Source: Pseudogymnoascus verrucosus (lineage: Eukaryota). From it: a DNA stretch of 64,000 bases. The notes under the pieces were generated by a model. It was not told the DNA's origin, made no database searches, and saw only the letters and a list, made by a program, of their open reading frames with translations. The translations under genes were made by a program, and so were the position numbers. The stretch is from assembly GCA_001662655.1 (NCBI GenBank), contig KV460211.1. One strand, 5' to 3'. Below are positions 23,686-38,324 of this stretch, piece by piece; positions within the stretch are counted from its first letter, which is position 1, and each line of letters begins with the position of its first letter.

Positions 23686-26600
23686 ATGGAGGGCGCCTTT
23701 ACCCATCTGGGAAACCACCTCATCTCAGACTCCGCCGCTGCGATTAATGCTGGAGACGATTTGTCGGCTATCGACCCCGAAGAGAGCCTCCTCTACGGCC
23801 AGTATGGAGGCGCGGGAGGCCTCGGACCTACTCGCCGCAGAAATGACGATGATGACAACGAGACCGAAGTCTACGACGACGACGATGTAGAGAGCCTCGC
23901 AAGCATGGCCGTCGACGGCATGAAATCTCTCGGACTCAGAGGCGTCGAAGACGAGAAGGAACTTCCGGCTCATGCATGTGCCTACTGCGGTATCCATTCG
24001 CCCAGCAGCGTTGTTAAGTGCTTGGGTTGCACCAAATGGTTCTGCAGCGCCCGTGGCAACGCCTCCTCATCGCACATTGTCAACCATTTAGTTCGAGCTC
24101 GCCACAAGGAAGTTCAGCTGCATCCTCAATCAACACTGGGCGACACTGTTCTCGAATGCTACAACTGTGGGACTAAGAATGTCTTCCTTCTTGGGTTTAT
24201 TCCGGCGAAATCCGACACCGTGGTTGTGCTGCTCTGCAGACAGCCCTGTGCGTCTACACCTTCGTCTAAAGACATGAGCTGGGATATCTCTAGATGGCAG
24301 CCTTTGATTGAAGACAGATCCTTCCTTCCGTGGCTCGTGGCTGTGCCCAGCGATGCTGAGCAGCTCCGTGCTCGCCACTTGACCCCGCCAATGATCGCAA
24401 AACTAGAGGAAATGTGGAAGGATAACGCCGCGGCAACCATTGCAGACTTGGAAAAGGCAGCAGGAATCGACGATGAACCAGCTCCCGTACTTCTGAAGTA
24501 CGACGACGCTTACCAGTATCAAAACGTCTTTGGACCGCTTGTGAAGATTGAGGCAGACTACGACCGCAAGCTGAAGGAGGCCCAATCCGAGGACGGACTT
24601 GTCATTCGCTGGGACTATGGTCTTAACAACAAGCATCTTGCCAGCTTCGTGCTTCCTAAAATTGAGCTCGGAGATGTCAAGTTGGCTGTTGGCGACGAGA
24701 TGCGTCTCAAATACAAGGGAGAGTTGCGCCCTGTCTGGGAAGGCGTTGGATACGTTGTCAAGATTCCAAACAACCAGTCTGACGAAGTCACGATCGAGTT
24801 GCGAAAAATCGGAAACGATAAATCCGTGCCAACTGAGTGCACCCACAACTTCTCCGCTGACTACGTCTGGAAGGCTACTTCTTACGATCGTATGCAACTG
24901 GCCATGAAGACCTTTGCAGTTGACGAAATGAGTGTCTCTGGTTATATCTTCCACAAGCTACTTGGCCACGAAGTTGCTGCGGCGCCAATGAAGATTCAAA
25001 TGCCAAAGAAATTCAGCGTTCCCGGCCTTCCCGAGCTGAACGGCAGCCAAATCAATGCCGTCAAGAGCGTCCTTCAGAAGCCCTTGAGTCTTATTCAGGG
25101 ACCTCCAGGAACTGGAAAGACAGTCACATCTGCAACAGTCATCTACCATCTATCTAAAGTCAATGGTGGCCAAGTTCTCGTCTGTGCTCCTTCCAACGTC
25201 GCAGTTGACCAGCTCTGCGAGAGAATCCACAGAACCGGATTGAAGGTTGTGCGTCTTACTGCCAAGTCCCGTGAAGATGTCGAATCTTCGGTTGGCTTCT
25301 TGTCTCTGCACGAGCAGGTACGAATGAACGATAGCAACCTCGAATTGACCAAGCTCTCGCAACTTAAAAGCGAATTGGGTGAATTGTCCAGCCAGGATGA
25401 GAAGAAGTTCAAGTCTCTTACCCGGGCCGCTGAGCGCGAGATCCTGAACAACGCCGATGTTATCTGCTGTACTTGCGTTGGTGCCGGAGACCCCCGTCTG
25501 TCTAAGATGAAGTTCCGAACTGTGCTTATCGACGAGTCCACCCAATCTGCCGAGCCTGAGTGTATGATTCCATTGGTTCTGGGCTGTAAGCAGGTTGTTC
25601 TTGTGGGTGATCACCAACAGTTGGGCCCAGTCATCATGAACAAGAAGGCAGCAAAGGCTGGCCTGAACCAATCGCTCTTTGAGCGTCTTGTCATTCTTGG
25701 ACTTGCTCCTATCAGACTTAACGTGCAGTATCGTATGCATCCTTGCTTGTCTGAGTTCCCTTCAAACATGTTTTACGAAGGCTCTCTTCAGAACGGTGTC
25801 ACGATGCAACAGAGACTCCGTCGCGACGTCGACTTCCCTTGGCCTGTTGGTGACACCCCAATGATGTTCTGGTCCAACCTGGGTAACGAAGAAATTTCTG
25901 CTTCCGGTACTTCTTACCTTAACCGAACTGAGGCGTCCAATGTCGAGAAAATTGTCACGCGCTTCTTCAAGGCTGGAGTTCAGCCTGCTGATATCGGTGT
26001 CATCACACCCTACGAGGGACAGCGCAGCTACGTCGTCAGTTCTATGCAGAACACGGGCACTTTCAAGAAGGAGAACTACAAGGAGATCGAGGTTGCATCC
26101 GTCGATGCTTTCCAAGGCAGAGAGAAGGATTTCATCGTGCTTTCTTGCGTTAGATCCAACGACCACCAAGGCATTGGTTTCTTGAGTGATCCTCGCCGTC
26201 TTAACGTGGCTCTTACCCGTGCCAAGTACGGCCTTGTCATTCTGGGCAACCCCAAGGTTCTGTCCAAGCACCCTCTTTGGCATTACCTCCTCCAGCATTT
26301 CAAGGAACGCAATTGCCTGGTTGAGGGGCCACTCACCAACCTGCAAACCTCGCTTCTGCAGTTCAGCCGCCCTAAGACCACCTACCGCGGACCTCAACGC
26401 TACCAGATGTCTTACTCTACCGGACTACCAAGCAATGCACGCCCTCCTAATGGCAAGACTGGCAACGATTACAGCGACGCCGGTTCTATGCTAGGCTACA
26501 TTCCCGATGACGTCTCGTCCGTCCACTCCTCCGCCCTCGGAGGAGTCGGCGTCGGCTCAGCCTACCCGCAGATGTTCTCCAGCTTCGCAGCTGACAACAG

Positions 26601-26985
26601 CTGGCCCGGCCTAGACCCCCGCAACCGCGCCAACGGCCAAAAGGGCCGCAACCGCCCCGCCGAAAGCGTAACCGGTGAATCCGTTGCCGCCAGCGAGATG
26701 ACGGACACCACTAGCAGCGTACTTGACGGTAAAGGCGCAAGCCAAGGCGGCGTTAGCCTCGGGCCCGCAGTCCACGACCAGAAGCAGACGAGCCTGAGCC
26801 AGTCGGACCGCCTGAAGCGGTACGTCGAGTCTGGCGGACGCCTGCCCGACTACAAGACCGGCGACGCTGGGAGCGTGTTCGGCGGCAGCTCGCTGCTGAG
26901 CGGCGCTGGACGACGCACCCTGGACGACGATGAGAAGAGCGTGTCCACTGCGTTTGCGAGCCAGGTCGGCGGGGGCTACGACTGA
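23686..26985 (+). CDS. UPF1: Nonsense-mediated decay RNA helicase Upf1/Nam7
   Basis: CH zinc domain ([15 protein letters not shown]), SF1 helicase motifs [32 protein letters not shown] at 23686; the track start at 23656 is a TTG. Confidence 0.97.
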   Translation: MEGAFTHLGNHLISDSAAAINAGDDLSAIDPEESLLYGQYGGAGGLGPTRRRNDDDDNETEVYDDDDVESLASMAVDGMKSLGLRGVEDEKELPAHACAYCGIHSPSSVVKCLGCTKWFCSARGNASSSHIVNHLVRARHKEVQLHPQSTLGDTVLECYNCGTKNVFLLGFIPAKSDTVVVLLCRQPCASTPSSKDMSWDISRWQPLIEDRSFLPWLVAVPSDAEQLRARHLTPPMIAKLEEMWKDNAAATIADLEKAAGIDDEPAPVLLKYDDAYQYQNVFGPLVKIEADYDRKLKEAQSEDGLVIRWDYGLNNKHLASFVLPKIELGDVKLAVGDEMRLKYKGELRPVWEGVGYVVKIPNNQSDEVTIELRKIGNDKSVPTECTHNFSADYVWKATSYDRMQLAMKTFAVDEMSVSGYIFHKLLGHEVAAAPMKIQMPKKFSVPGLPELNGSQINAVKSVLQKPLSLIQGPPGTGKTVTSATVIYHLSKVNGGQVLVCAPSNVAVDQLCERIHRTGLKVVRLTAKSREDVESSVGFLSLHEQVRMNDSNLELTKLSQLKSELGELSSQDEKKFKSLTRAAEREILNNADVICCTCVGAGDPRLSKMKFRTVLIDESTQSAEPECMIPLVLGCKQVVLVGDHQQLGPVIMNKKAAKAGLNQSLFERLVILGLAPIRLNVQYRMHPCLSEFPSNMFYEGSLQNGVTMQQRLRRDVDFPWPVGDTPMMFWSNLGNEEISASGTSYLNRTEASNVEKIVTRFFKAGVQPADIGVITPYEGQRSYVVSSMQNTGTFKKENYKEIEVASVDAFQGREKDFIVLSCVRSNDHQGIGFLSDPRRLNVALTRAKYGLVILGNPKVLSKHPLWHYLLQHFKERNCLVEGPLTNLQTSLLQFSRPKTTYRGPQRYQMSYSTGLPSNARPPNGKTGNDYSDAGSMLGYIPDDVSSVHSSALGGVGVGSAYPQMFSSFAADNSWPGLDPRNRANGQKGRNRPAESVTGESVAASEMTDTTSSVLDGKGASQGGVSLGPAVHDQKQTSLSQSDRLKRYVESGGRLPDYKTGDAGSVFGGSSLLSGAGRRTLDDDEKSVSTAFASQVGGGYD

Positions 26986-29900
26986 TTGGGCGGGGAGCGG
27001 TCGAATGGACCTTTTAAACCTTTTGTCTTCGGAAACACGTAGCACCCATCTATCCAATCGATGCAGCGTCTCGACGCAGCCTAGCTGGACGACAGCCAGT
27101 GCCCTGCGGGCCCTCGCGGGCCCGGAGAGGAGCTGAGGAGCGTGGTGGCCACATTTGCTGAGCCGACTCGTGGCGATCTTGGAAGGAGGGCTGGAATGGG
27201 GCGGGGACGATATACGGGAGGGGGACGATGCGAGGGGGTGTGTGTGCAATGTGTGCAGAGTTGATTTTACGATGTATGTGCTTGTTGGAGGGAAAACGGT
27301 GGGATGTGTTCCACGCATGCTTTGCGCTGCCTAGGGATAAGTGACAGTTGAGGCCTAGGCCTGTCCGGATCACTGTCTAGGGCGCGGCGTGGGTGCAATT
27401 TCTCGCGATGGGAGGATCTAAAGGACGCCTTAGAGATAGACAATACACATGTTCCACCAGCTTTGGTATTGGTCTTTGGTTGAATTGTTTGTTTTGTAGA
27501 TCGAAGTCAGATGCAAGTGAGACACACTCTCTCTGACCGAGGAGCTGTATTGTATGATATGTACATCACGACGCAAGGGACAAATTGCAGGTGGATTTAA
27601 TATGATCGGATGGGGTAACCGACGACCATCTTGGATAGGATATCAGATTACATCAATCCGCCCTTCCCTTTCGAGACTGCAAGGGGGAACGCCTACAGCA
27701 GAATACGTGAACTCATTTTACCAAATTAATCTTACCTGTATAATCTTTTTGCCGCATGTAGTCCTACAAACACCAGCACAGACAACATCAAAGTCTTCCA
27801 CTTGTATCCCACGGTACCTGACTGATCGGAACATCAAGTCACGATACCCTCACCTCTCAATCACCGACCCGCACCCAACTAACCCATCTCTCACCAGCTA
27901 ACGCCTCCCTTCATCAGCCCAGGCGTCTTCTAGCGCCAGGCACAGCATCGCTCGCCACGTGCTAACTGCATCCACATCTCCCTCCGCTATCTGACCGCGC
28001 ATCGCTTCCCTGCGTCCTCGCCGTCGCGAACCCCGGAGTACCACCGAGGTCCCCCTCAGACCCTCAGCCCTTGCGTGCCCAGGTACTACTGTACGGTACA
28101 TACCGGGCATGTTCTACTCGCCCTCACCTCAGCGTAGCAGCGCGCACACGCCCTCCGCAAATCCGCAGCCAAGGTCGCAGCGCCATGCACGCAACCCACC
28201 CGTTCGCTCCGTCTAATATATATTCCCCGGAACACGAGATGGGGTCTGGCCGCGGGGTGGGGATGGAGGGATGGATGGAGGGGGTAGGGTAAGGTAAAGT
28301 TCGAAACGCAGCGCCGCGGACCGGGGGATTTTTGGGTAAGGAATTGCTTGGAGGCTTGCGACTGGATGCGTTGGGGATAAGCAAATACTATATACTACTA
28401 TATACTACTATACCGTGGTGCTGGGGATGGAGCGGCGGTATTGCGAGTTGCGGCGTGGGAGGGCTGCGAGGGGATGCAACCTCTTGTCTCATGATCCCGG
28501 CTCGGTGCGCTGTAGAGATGCAAGGGTGGATTTCGATATTGTACCTGTCGTCTTGGTGATGAGTGGTTTTGGGGATTTTTTGCACGGCACGGGAGACCGT
28601 GCGAGATGGGAGATTTTTTGGGGAGATTTTTGCAATGCGAGGCTCTTGGAGCTGTGGTGAAGGTAGCTAGAACGGTGGGGCATTTACGAGAAGGGCTAGG
28701 GGACTACTGAAGGGTTTGCTTTTTTGTTCCTTCTGGATTGGATGGCTATGGCTACAGACTAGAAGGAATTGTTGAGCGAGTTAGCTAGGAGTTTAGGGCA
28801 GAATGCAAGGGGTCCGAGGCTCGTGAGAAAAAGCAAGGAGAGTTGCTTCTTCTCGAAGGACCCCACACGATTCCTTCCATCGTGCCCACGAACCATGAGG
28901 CGCAACGGCGACGTTCTGGTGCGGAGTTGTTCGGTCGGACAGACAAGGCTGGGCAGATCCACCACATCCCGATTACCTTAAGCTCGACCCCCCAGCCTCG
29001 CTGAGCGGTAACGCCGTTCGCGCTGCTGATCGTCATGAGGCGATCAGCCATCAGACTGGGCAATTAAATCTGCCGATCGCGGGCGCATGAGACATTGATT
29101 GGACGATCAGCAGGGACCGCCGTCTTGTCTCTCCAACATGTGGAATGGGAGTGACTCTGGAAGCCTGGCAGGATCGAGGGATCTGGGACAGCGGATCTGC
29201 GCGCCGCGAAGGGGACGCTGGAAGCGAGAGAGTCCGAGACACACAGTAGCTAGGCCGAGGGAGTCGGTCGCCAGGGCGCTGAAGGGAAGGTGTCGTGGAG
29301 GGTCCAAGTCCCGGACGAATAGGGGCGCGGGGTGGCGGGCTATAGAGTGGCGACTAGCCCGAGACACGGCGGATGGCGTAAGGAGAGAGCGATCGATTGG
29401 ACAGGGGATGTTTGCCGCAGGTTCGGCGAGGGGCGTGGGAGGGGGAGAGGGGGTCTTGATGGGGAAGTGCTCAGCTTGTCCGGCTGCAGGTCCTTTCTGA
29501 GTTTGGAATTACAGTTTCTCAAATCGGGTCGGTGGGAGGAGGCTAAGGGGATTATTGACTGTTGGAGTGGGCTTGATTTGGAGAGTGGCGCTGACATGAG
29601 CCTGTGAGGCTGGGAATCAGTCGTGTGTGCTGTAACTACCGTGTGTAGTACAGTACCATAGCGGTATTGTTGTACCACAGTTCGGCGCTGTTTCCTGTAC
29701 TACTTAGCACGGTAATCAAGCTGTGTTGAGTGCACGTGGAGCGGAATGGCGCACTTGTGTTGCATCCCACGATGGCAGACCTGTGGTTCGTTCTTGGTCG
29801 GAAAGCCGCAGCGCCGCTGCAAGCGCAGAGAGCAGAACGAAGTGGGTTTTTCCTCCGATCCAGTAATATGGGCTGGATGCGACTTTATATCGCAACCTTG

Positions 29901-31735
29901 AGTTGAAACATTTGACGTCCCCGGGGGTCAATTGCTGTGGGCGAGTCAGTGTTGTGTTTCATGCTCGTCCGTGGATGGTGGGACGACGGAGTGGTGTGTG
30001 GGTAATATGGGTAATATCGTAAGTAGTGCAGATTTGGCCCGACGCCTACGGAATGTGGTCCCCCTATTTCACTTCCCCTTTGGGACGACATGAGACCCGA
30101 TAAGACACAGATGAGCAGGAGGGAGGAGCAGACGGCAGTTTGGATATGCAGATATGAGGATCTGAGTGGCTCTATTAGGAAGTGAGTAGTACTGGCCCAT
30201 GTGCCCATATGGGTCAGGTTTGTATGAATATCGCCGTGTGGTTGATGCCCTTATAGGTTTGACTTGTTCGATTTGGTATGGTTTTTATGGTTTTTATGGT
30301 TTCTGGTATGTGTTATTACTCCGTCTAGCAAGGTATAAGGGATGAGAGGGGGAGGGAAGGGACGGGAAGGGGTGGAAATGGTGGAAGGGGGACAGACCAA
30401 AATGCTAGGTTCGACAGAGGTACCTTGGTGTGTATGCTCCACACGCCTGTGCCGCATGTACCTTTGTCCTATATTCCACACCACCGGCATGATATCAACC
30501 AGGTCAACCAGGTCAGGCCAACCAGGAGATATTGCTTGATGCAGGTGAGGCCATTGAACGGGGAGTCTGTGCCCCTCCGAGTGACCTGGCGATCTTGTAC
30601 AGTAAGGAGTAGTTCTATGTATCTGTCAGTAGTCTATTCAGTAGTATTCAGTAGTTTGTCAGTAGTAGAATGAGTAGAGAGACACAGTCTCGGAGAAAGA
30701 CCCAGACAGACCCTGATCAAATGTCACTTTGCTACATATTCCCTGAATCGAATCAAGACAAGCCCGACAAGACACAGGTGGTCCCCAAGAGTTCCAGTTA
30801 AGAGGGTCTGTAGTCCCTCAATTAATTCTTCTTGACGACGTTTGGCCTCAACTCCCTTTCGCAACTTCACTTCCTCTTCACCACAACAAACACAGTGTGC
30901 GCGCGCAGCACATCCACCGCTAATTCCTTGGGTGTCGCGCCAAATAACGACTTCACCTTGCACAAATAATGGCTTTCCCGATCTGAGAGTCGCATTTTAA
31001 TTATACGCACATAACAAACATTACACACATAACACAACATTCTCGCCGTTCATTCACTCGCAACGGTAGCTTTATACGGTACGTTCGCCCTCTTTTTTCC
31101 TTTCATTCACAGTCCGGCGCGAAGGACCCTAGCCACCCATTGGCCGCGACGCGAGCACTCGCCTGCATTATCACAAAACTCCAGCGAAATCCAAGGTCCA
31201 ATCTGGTGCCAGAGGAGCATAATTTGCTTGGAGTGGTTGGGATCGCCGATTCTCTCAGAGGGCCTCTAAATCAGTCGTGTGTTCACGGTGTTTACGCTGT
31301 TTACGAAGCACTCGCTGTGCAAGCAGCGCAAAACACAAATTCACTTCCCTCCTAACCCCCACTCCCTCAATTGATGCTGGCAGCGCATCAAACACAGGAA
31401 GTTTGCTCAGTCGGCACTCTGACTGCACTTGGTCACTGCACCGGGACGGCACCTGGGGGCGATCATACAGCGGTCTCTCAATAGTGAAATTGGGTTACCC
31501 CAGATCAGTGGAGCAAAAGTGGCTAACTCTGGACACCTCCATGCAGACTTGCGATTCTTCCTTATATTGACTCTCTTACCTTCAATCGAAACAACCTCAC
31601 GACTTATACAACTTGCAACTTTGCTTGATCAAAGTTCAAGATAACTCGGAATACGACTGCTCCTTCTATAAACGAGGGAGGCGGCGCAATTGACGTCCTG
31701 GCGCCCCACTGTAGTGCCGATCCTCATTTCTCGAT

Positions 31736-34700
31736 ATGGCTTTCTCAGGATTTACCTCGCCTACAGGGCTCGACAATAGTAGTGTCACATCCTCGACTCT
31801 GAATAGAGCGAGGTCTCACAGCATCTCCAGTGATCAACCCTCTGCAAACGGGTACAGCGCGATGCTTTCACCACCAACACTCGTTCAACCGCAGCCGCTC
31901 TTTCTTGCCATTTCTGCGGCCTCACAGATCGTGACAAACGACCATGATAGCCATTCCGAAGCCTGGTTTGATCAGCATGGCCTCGAACCTTCAGGAGAGA
32001 CCGCCTTGGTCAACCCAGGGGCCCTGAAGCTCGTAAACAACTTTCTCGATCAATTACTCTTCAACTTTCTCGCCATCTCGAAATCAACATCTCTTGCTTC
32101 GCTTAGACCCGCCGTTGTCGAAACCCTAAAGCCAAAACTTGCAAAGGAGGCAATTCACCAAGCCGACCAAGAATTGGAGGAATACTTGGGCGGTGGTGAC
32201 GACGAAGAGCTTATCTCATTTCACAATGGCATTGAGCCGAGTGGAGACTGGGATTTAGAGCTGGTATGGAAACGCACACGTCTACGCTGCATGGTGTATT
32301 CATCACTGGGCGATATGGAAGAGGAGGATGAAGATCACTACACAGAGCTGGAACACTTGGATGGCCCTCCAGGATCTACCAACAGATACTCTAACTCGTT
32401 AGGCGTGGTCTCACCTGCAGTTGCCATTTTCCTGACTTCAATTCTCGAATTTATGGGCGAGCAGGCATTGACCGTAGCAGGACAGGCCGCGTACCACCGC
32501 ATGCGCTCAAAGCAGCAAAAAGATGAGAGAGATGGAAGCAGCGTCCCCAAGCATGTGGCGGATCGTGTTATTGTCGAGGATGTCGATATGGAGCGTGTTG
32601 CCCTGGATAGGACACTTGGTAGACTTTGGAGAGGCTGGAAGAAACGCATACGCTCCCCAAACGCATCTATTTCACACAGCGTTCGCCGATCTTACTCTAG
32701 AGACTCGATGCAATCACGTCCTCACAGCCGAAGAGGCAGCCTCGCCCCAGAGCAACAAGTTCCCGAAATCAACCATAGATTCCAGGACACTCCGATCAAC
32801 GAGCCCGAAGAGGAAGACGAGAACCACCCACAACCGACGGCAAACGACGAGGAACCCGTCCTTTTCGAAGCGACCATCCCACTTCCAATGGGCGAGGATG
32901 ATGTTAGAGAAATCGAGATACCCGGAGTTGCAGAGCAGAGTGGAGATGAGGCAGATGATGAGGTGGACGAGCCCAAGCAATCTCGCCGCAAGAGCATGAT
33001 GATCTTCACAGCCAATACCAAAGGTCTTCCTACACCGATCAACTCACAACCCGCAACACCCGGTTTCCTTTCTCCCAAGTCGAGAAAGCGATCCCACTCG
33101 ATGCCATCTCCAGCGGCCTTGGCTTTTGCTTCGCCAATGAAGAGACGCAAGTCAACCGACGAGGACGAAGAACCAGCCGTGGAACAAGACACGGAATCCG
33201 AAATCCCAGCACTTTCTGAAAACGTGTCGCAAGACTCCGAGGATACCTATGTCTTGGCCACCAAGGAGCCTTCCAAGGAGTCGAAGATCGTATCTCAAAC
33301 CCCGAGAGAATTGGAGCCTGAGAAGCCATCTAAATCAGAGACCGTCCCACACTCTAGAAATGCGTCACAGAGTTCTCACAAGGGTGGATTGATTGCCGGA
33401 GTTGCTGCTGGCGCTGCTGCAATCGGAGCTGCCGCTGTGGCAGGAATTGCCGCAGTTAAACACCACGACAAAACCTCGAAAGTTACGAAAGAAGACGAAG
33501 ATGACATTGATCTGACAGAGTCAGCCGAAGAACCACAAATCATGACTTCATCTCGTGTATCGATCGGCGATATCCTTGCTCTCGACACGAGTCGAACCCG
33601 ATCTTGCGACTCCAGTGCCCGTTCCGCGAGCGTTCGTTCTAAGCGATCCGCCAGCGTGCACTCGATCCGCTTGATTGAGGTGAATTCGCCTCGCAGCCCA
33701 AGCTCACGTCACGCATCTGGTGATCTTACTTCACGTCCTCCGAATGTAAAGGGCGCTGAGGGTACAGATGCAGCAGCTTCGCGTGGTACCAGCCCTGTCC
33801 AGAAGACACCATCAGGCAGCCCCATACTCAAGGCCCCATCTCCTTTGATCAACCAGGTCAGCAAGGACTCGGAGGCTTCTCTACCAGAAGTTGTTGAGCC
33901 TGAAAACCTGGGACTGGGATTAGATGGCGTCACCGTTCCTCGATCTCTCCCGGTGCCAGTCCGCTCTCCCCTGCGCGAAAGCCCGAAGACCAAACTTACC
34001 TCGGAAGCATTATCTGTCCAGGATACTCAGTTTGCTGCCACATCACAGGGTTCTTATGGTAACTCGGAATTTGTTCTCGGCTCAGCACCTCGTCCAAAAT
34101 CTACACGCGACGCTGATTCTCTCGCTGCCCCTAGCACACCAGCATCTCTTCAACCACTATGGACAAATCAGGTGGGCTCGCCAGGCAGTGGAACTTCTTC
34201 CGCCCCACCCCTTACTCCTCTCCGTGAGATGATGGAAAACGCACCAGACACCTCGGACGAAGCTTCTTCTATTGCTCCAAGCTATTCCGATGCCTCGGTT
34301 TTCCAGTCAGATCTCCCGGCGGGAAGCTATTCGGGACCAGGCAGGAAAGACGCCCACACCCGAAACCGAACGAATGCATCCGATCGATCGGTCGCCAGGT
34401 CCTCGCCACCACGCTCCCACCGTGAAGAAGACATGGGCCCCAAGCCAGAGTTCCTCAACAAGTCAGCTCGACAGGGCTCGTCAAGCTCCTCCATCAAGTC
34501 TTACAAGGTCCGACCTATTCGCACGTCAGAGGAGAGCACTAGCGCCATTGAGGACAAGGGACAGACTTTCGAGCAACTCATCCGCAGCGAGACGACCCTT
34601 CAGTACACCCTGACCCCTTCCAATATGCGCGGTATCGATGTAAGTTAAATCTAGCCTTCCTTAAAAGACACGTGCTAACCTATATAGGACATCCCTGAGA

Positions 34701-36094
34701 GCCCATTGCTTCCAAGGCAAAGCAGCTTCGGACCACGATCCACGCCACTTGGCTCGCCCATGGTTGCCAGCTTCTTAGGTAGCAATTCTGCAAGCTCGCC
34801 TAAAGTCTCAACATTCCTTGGCAATGGTAAAGAGGCCTCTGATATCCCGAAGTCACCTGTGGGCGGTACTCGTTTTGCTCCGAAGCCTGCTGTGAGATCT
34901 GCTCCTCCTCCAAAGTCTGGGGCACGTGTCAGGCCAAACGCGCCACAGGCGAGAGATGCCAAGATTACGAGCGAGTCGATCAGCGATTTTGCGGACTTCA
35001 TTAGATCTACTGGGCCGCCCCAGAGCCGTGATGGCTACGCTGCTCAGCCACCACCGCGTCAAGCTAATATCTCGGCTCATCGAATCAGCGCCGCGTCTGT
35101 GCCAATTGTCGTGGCCAAGTCTGTGGCTTCAACCGGAAACCGCAATCGCCTTCAAGCTCGCGATGCCGTGGTCCAAAGTGACAATCTGTCGTCTTCAGAG
35201 CTGATTGACTTCATTCGTCAGGGACCACCGAGTGACAAAAGCCATGACAACCCCAGGATCCCTCGCACAGTCGCTCCATTCCGCAGCACTATGGACTCGG
35301 ACCAAATGTCAACGGCACTCTCTGGCAATCGCCTCTCGACCCTCCCAGAGGGCCGCGACCCCCAGATGAATTTCTCCATGGGCACATCTATGCACACCTC
35401 AACCACGGCCAATTCTGGCTCCGCAATGAAGAAGCCCTCCCTGCCACAGGCCCATCTACCTGCATTCGATGAAGAGGACATGATGCCGAAGCGCAAGACT
35501 CACCGTGTCAAGGACCCCTATGCTATTGATTACAGCGATGATGAGGATGATGACGACGAGTTCACCCTCCCCAAGGGTCCTCCCAAGCGCGTTGAAGAGT
35601 CGCTCATCGACTTTCTGAATAGCGTCCCTCCACCTGACACCTCCACCATGAGCTCCATCTTCGATGAGCCTGCGCCTCCCCCGAAGAAGACAATCATGGC
35701 GCGCTTCTCGCGCTCCAACTCCACCGCCTCATCCTCCTCCGCTTCAACTCGCAGCTCAGTGCTCACGCGCAACAACGCCCTCCCGCGCAACTCGTCCCTC
35801 CCGCAGCACCCCACCTCCTCCCCCAAGAAACACACCCCCATCACTCCCTCCTACTCGACCACCCCGCCCCGCCCCCGCTCCAACTACGCCGCTCAGGTCA
35901 CCCAGCAGCGCAAGCCGGGATCGCGTGCCAGCCAGAAGCCATCTCCTCGTGAGGCCACGCACTCTCGCAACACTCCTTCTTCTGACCTCGCGGACTTCCT
36001 CATGAACACCCCGCCTCCACCAAGCTCGCAGCCTATTGCGAAGGAGCAGGGCGGATTCTCGCGTATGTTCGGACGCAGGAACAAGGCTATCTAA
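31736..36094 (+). CDS. Large hypothetical protein, N-terminal histone-fold-like region and long disordered S/P-rich tail; intron about 34640-34689
   Basis: Two long ORFs joined by GTAAGT..GCTAAC..TAG. VSPAVAIFLTSILEFMGEQALTVAG resembles the H2A-type histone fold; four (L/F)xDF(I/L)xxxxP motifs near the C-terminus. Confidence 0.75.
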
Positions 36095-37602
36095 ACAGCC
36101 AAGACAGGCATGGGAATACGAGCCGACGCCTTCAAACATCTGCGGTGCTATTGTTCTACTCACTATTCTGATTTTTTGTTTATTACGACGCCTTCACTCA
36201 CTACGGCGTTTTCTCTCTCATATTTGGGCCGGCGGCACGGGGCGAAAAAAACACAAAATATCCGCTCAGTGTTTTCGAGTCCTGGTCAAAACTGGCTACA
36301 CTACTACTGCTACTACTATTTTTACTGGACTTTCCTCGTACTCCGTTTTATCGGCGCCTAAACTACTTGCTGCATCCCCCCTGACGACTGGGACGAAACC
36401 AAAAAACTGGCTTGGCGTACTGAGAAAAACCTGCAAATCGCAATCGCTATCGTTGTCTTATTTTACTTTTTTTGCTACTACGACTACTACTTCTGCTATC
36501 CTGCGTCTGTACTTTGCTAGATACCGGACCCAGCTTGCTTCTGCTGTTATTTGTTTTGCAGCTGGGCCTTACTTGCTTTTTTTGTTCGCGCTGTTTGGAT
36601 TCGATTGGGGGTGGGTGGCATGGAAGCGTTGGGTTTTTTTACTTTTTGTGTTTTTTGACTTCGGCTTTTGGCTTCGGCTTTTGGCTTTGGCTTTGGGAAA
36701 GTAATACGGGGGGTGTACTTTTTGAGAAGATGGGATGGGGGGAGTGTGGAGGCGGATGATGGGGGAAGAGATCATTTGTGAACGATGTTTTGAGTCTTGT
36801 TGGTGTGTGGATACGAATGTATATATGAAAATAATGCAGTCAAGAAATGGGGGAGTAGCGAATAGCGACGATTAATTTGACACCACGATTCTTATATCTT
36901 GACTCTTTCTGAAATGTGACTTTAATCCGCCGTCTAGTGTCCAGGTAGCTCCTGAAATAACAGCGTTGTAAAACAAGTCCCCTAATAGGTGGTAAAACCC
37001 AACCAAAATCCTGTCAGCCGAAACACCCAAACGAACGCTCCTCCCCTGCCCGAAAATTAACCTACAACCCAAGCCCACAAAGTGTCTCAACTCTAAATCA
37101 CCCCCTTTAGCCTCAACGGCTCGGATGTTCTTCCGTGCGACCCCCCACCCCGCGCCCTTTATCCTAAACCCCGCCAAAGCTTGCATTTATTGATTAACTC
37201 GGCCTCGCCGCAGCAACCGCGCGCAATCTGGAACAACACTCTTACAGACGCTCTGCCCTGACGGCGGCGTTGCATTGGGGGTATGCGGCTTACCTACCTC
37301 TATTATCCCTCGTTTGTTACCCCGCGTTCTGGGAGGGGCAATCTATCAGTTGCGCGTTGATATATTTGTATATATTGTGCGCGATGCAGTCAGCAATTGA
37401 GGTCCCATGATTCTATCAGACGATAATGAATGAGTTTCTTCTCATTCCGATGTCCGACGGAAGAGAAGCGGTTGCGCTCCTCTCCCAATTCCTCGGCCCA
37501 GGACAATGAGGTGTATATGTAAGTGAGAATCCGCCATGAATCATGGTAAGCATCAAGACCAATCTTTCCTCCCCTATTCCTTTCCTCTCCACCACAGCCA
37601 AA

Positions 37603-38324
37603 ATGCGCTCCCTATCTCTCCTCCCCCTCCTCGCCCTCTCCGCATCAGCACAGCTATGTTCGTCCCCCCTCCTCCCCCCAAACACACCCACCCTAACATC
37701 CCTCAGGCGCCGATAACCCCTCCATCTGCCCCGCCTCCACCGTCTGCCAAGACCGCGGCGACGGCTCCCCCTCCTGCGTCGGCGGCTTCTCCGCTCCCTG
37801 TGCCGCCGGCAATGGCGGAGCCGCGAACTGGGGTCAATGTAAGATTGCCCTCTCCCCCCCATCAGGGAGTAGTAAGAGACAGTAGACAGTACTGATAACC
37901 ACAGGCGGCGGACAGGGTTTCGCAGGCCCGACTTGCTGCGCTGGCGCGCCGGACTGGCTTTGTTTCTATGCGAATCAGTTCCATTCGCAGTGTTTGAGGG
38001 TTATTTACCCTGCACCTGCTGAGACGACAGCGGCGCCGACGACGATGGCTACTTCAACCACTACAGCAGCACCGGCGACGTCGACGGTGGCGAGGGTGTG
38101 TACGGCGCATTGGGGACAGTGTGAGTGAATTTCTCTTTTGTTTGTGGGTTGAGAGTGGATTTAGGGTGTGTGGATGTGGACTGGGACTGATTGTTGGTGA
38201 TATAGGTGGAGGACAGGGATGGACGGGACCGACGTGTTGTCAGGATGATGAGACCTGGTTTTGTGAGGTTGCTAATAACTGGTTCTCGATGTGTCATCCG
38301 AGACCTGTGGTGTCCTCGGTGTAA
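37603..38324 (+). CDS. Small secreted protein (173 aa) with two CBM1 cellulose-binding modules and no catalytic domain; exons 37603-37657, 37707-37838, 37905-38120, 38206-38324
   Basis: Signal peptide MRSLSLLPLLALSASA; WGQCGGQGFAGPTCC..NQFHSQCL and WGQCGGQGWTGPTCC..NNWFSMC separated by a T/A linker; three canonical phase-1 introns. Confidence 0.85.

Noticed and set aside
24130..26397. Several antisense ORFs inside UPF1, with similar ones in PLC1 and the 6343 ORF
   Set aside because: Shadow ORFs of biased coding sequence.
27000..31700. Many short ORFs in a long gene-free interval
   Set aside because: Low-complexity GC-skewed sequence without codon bias or domains; best read as UTR and promoter DNA.
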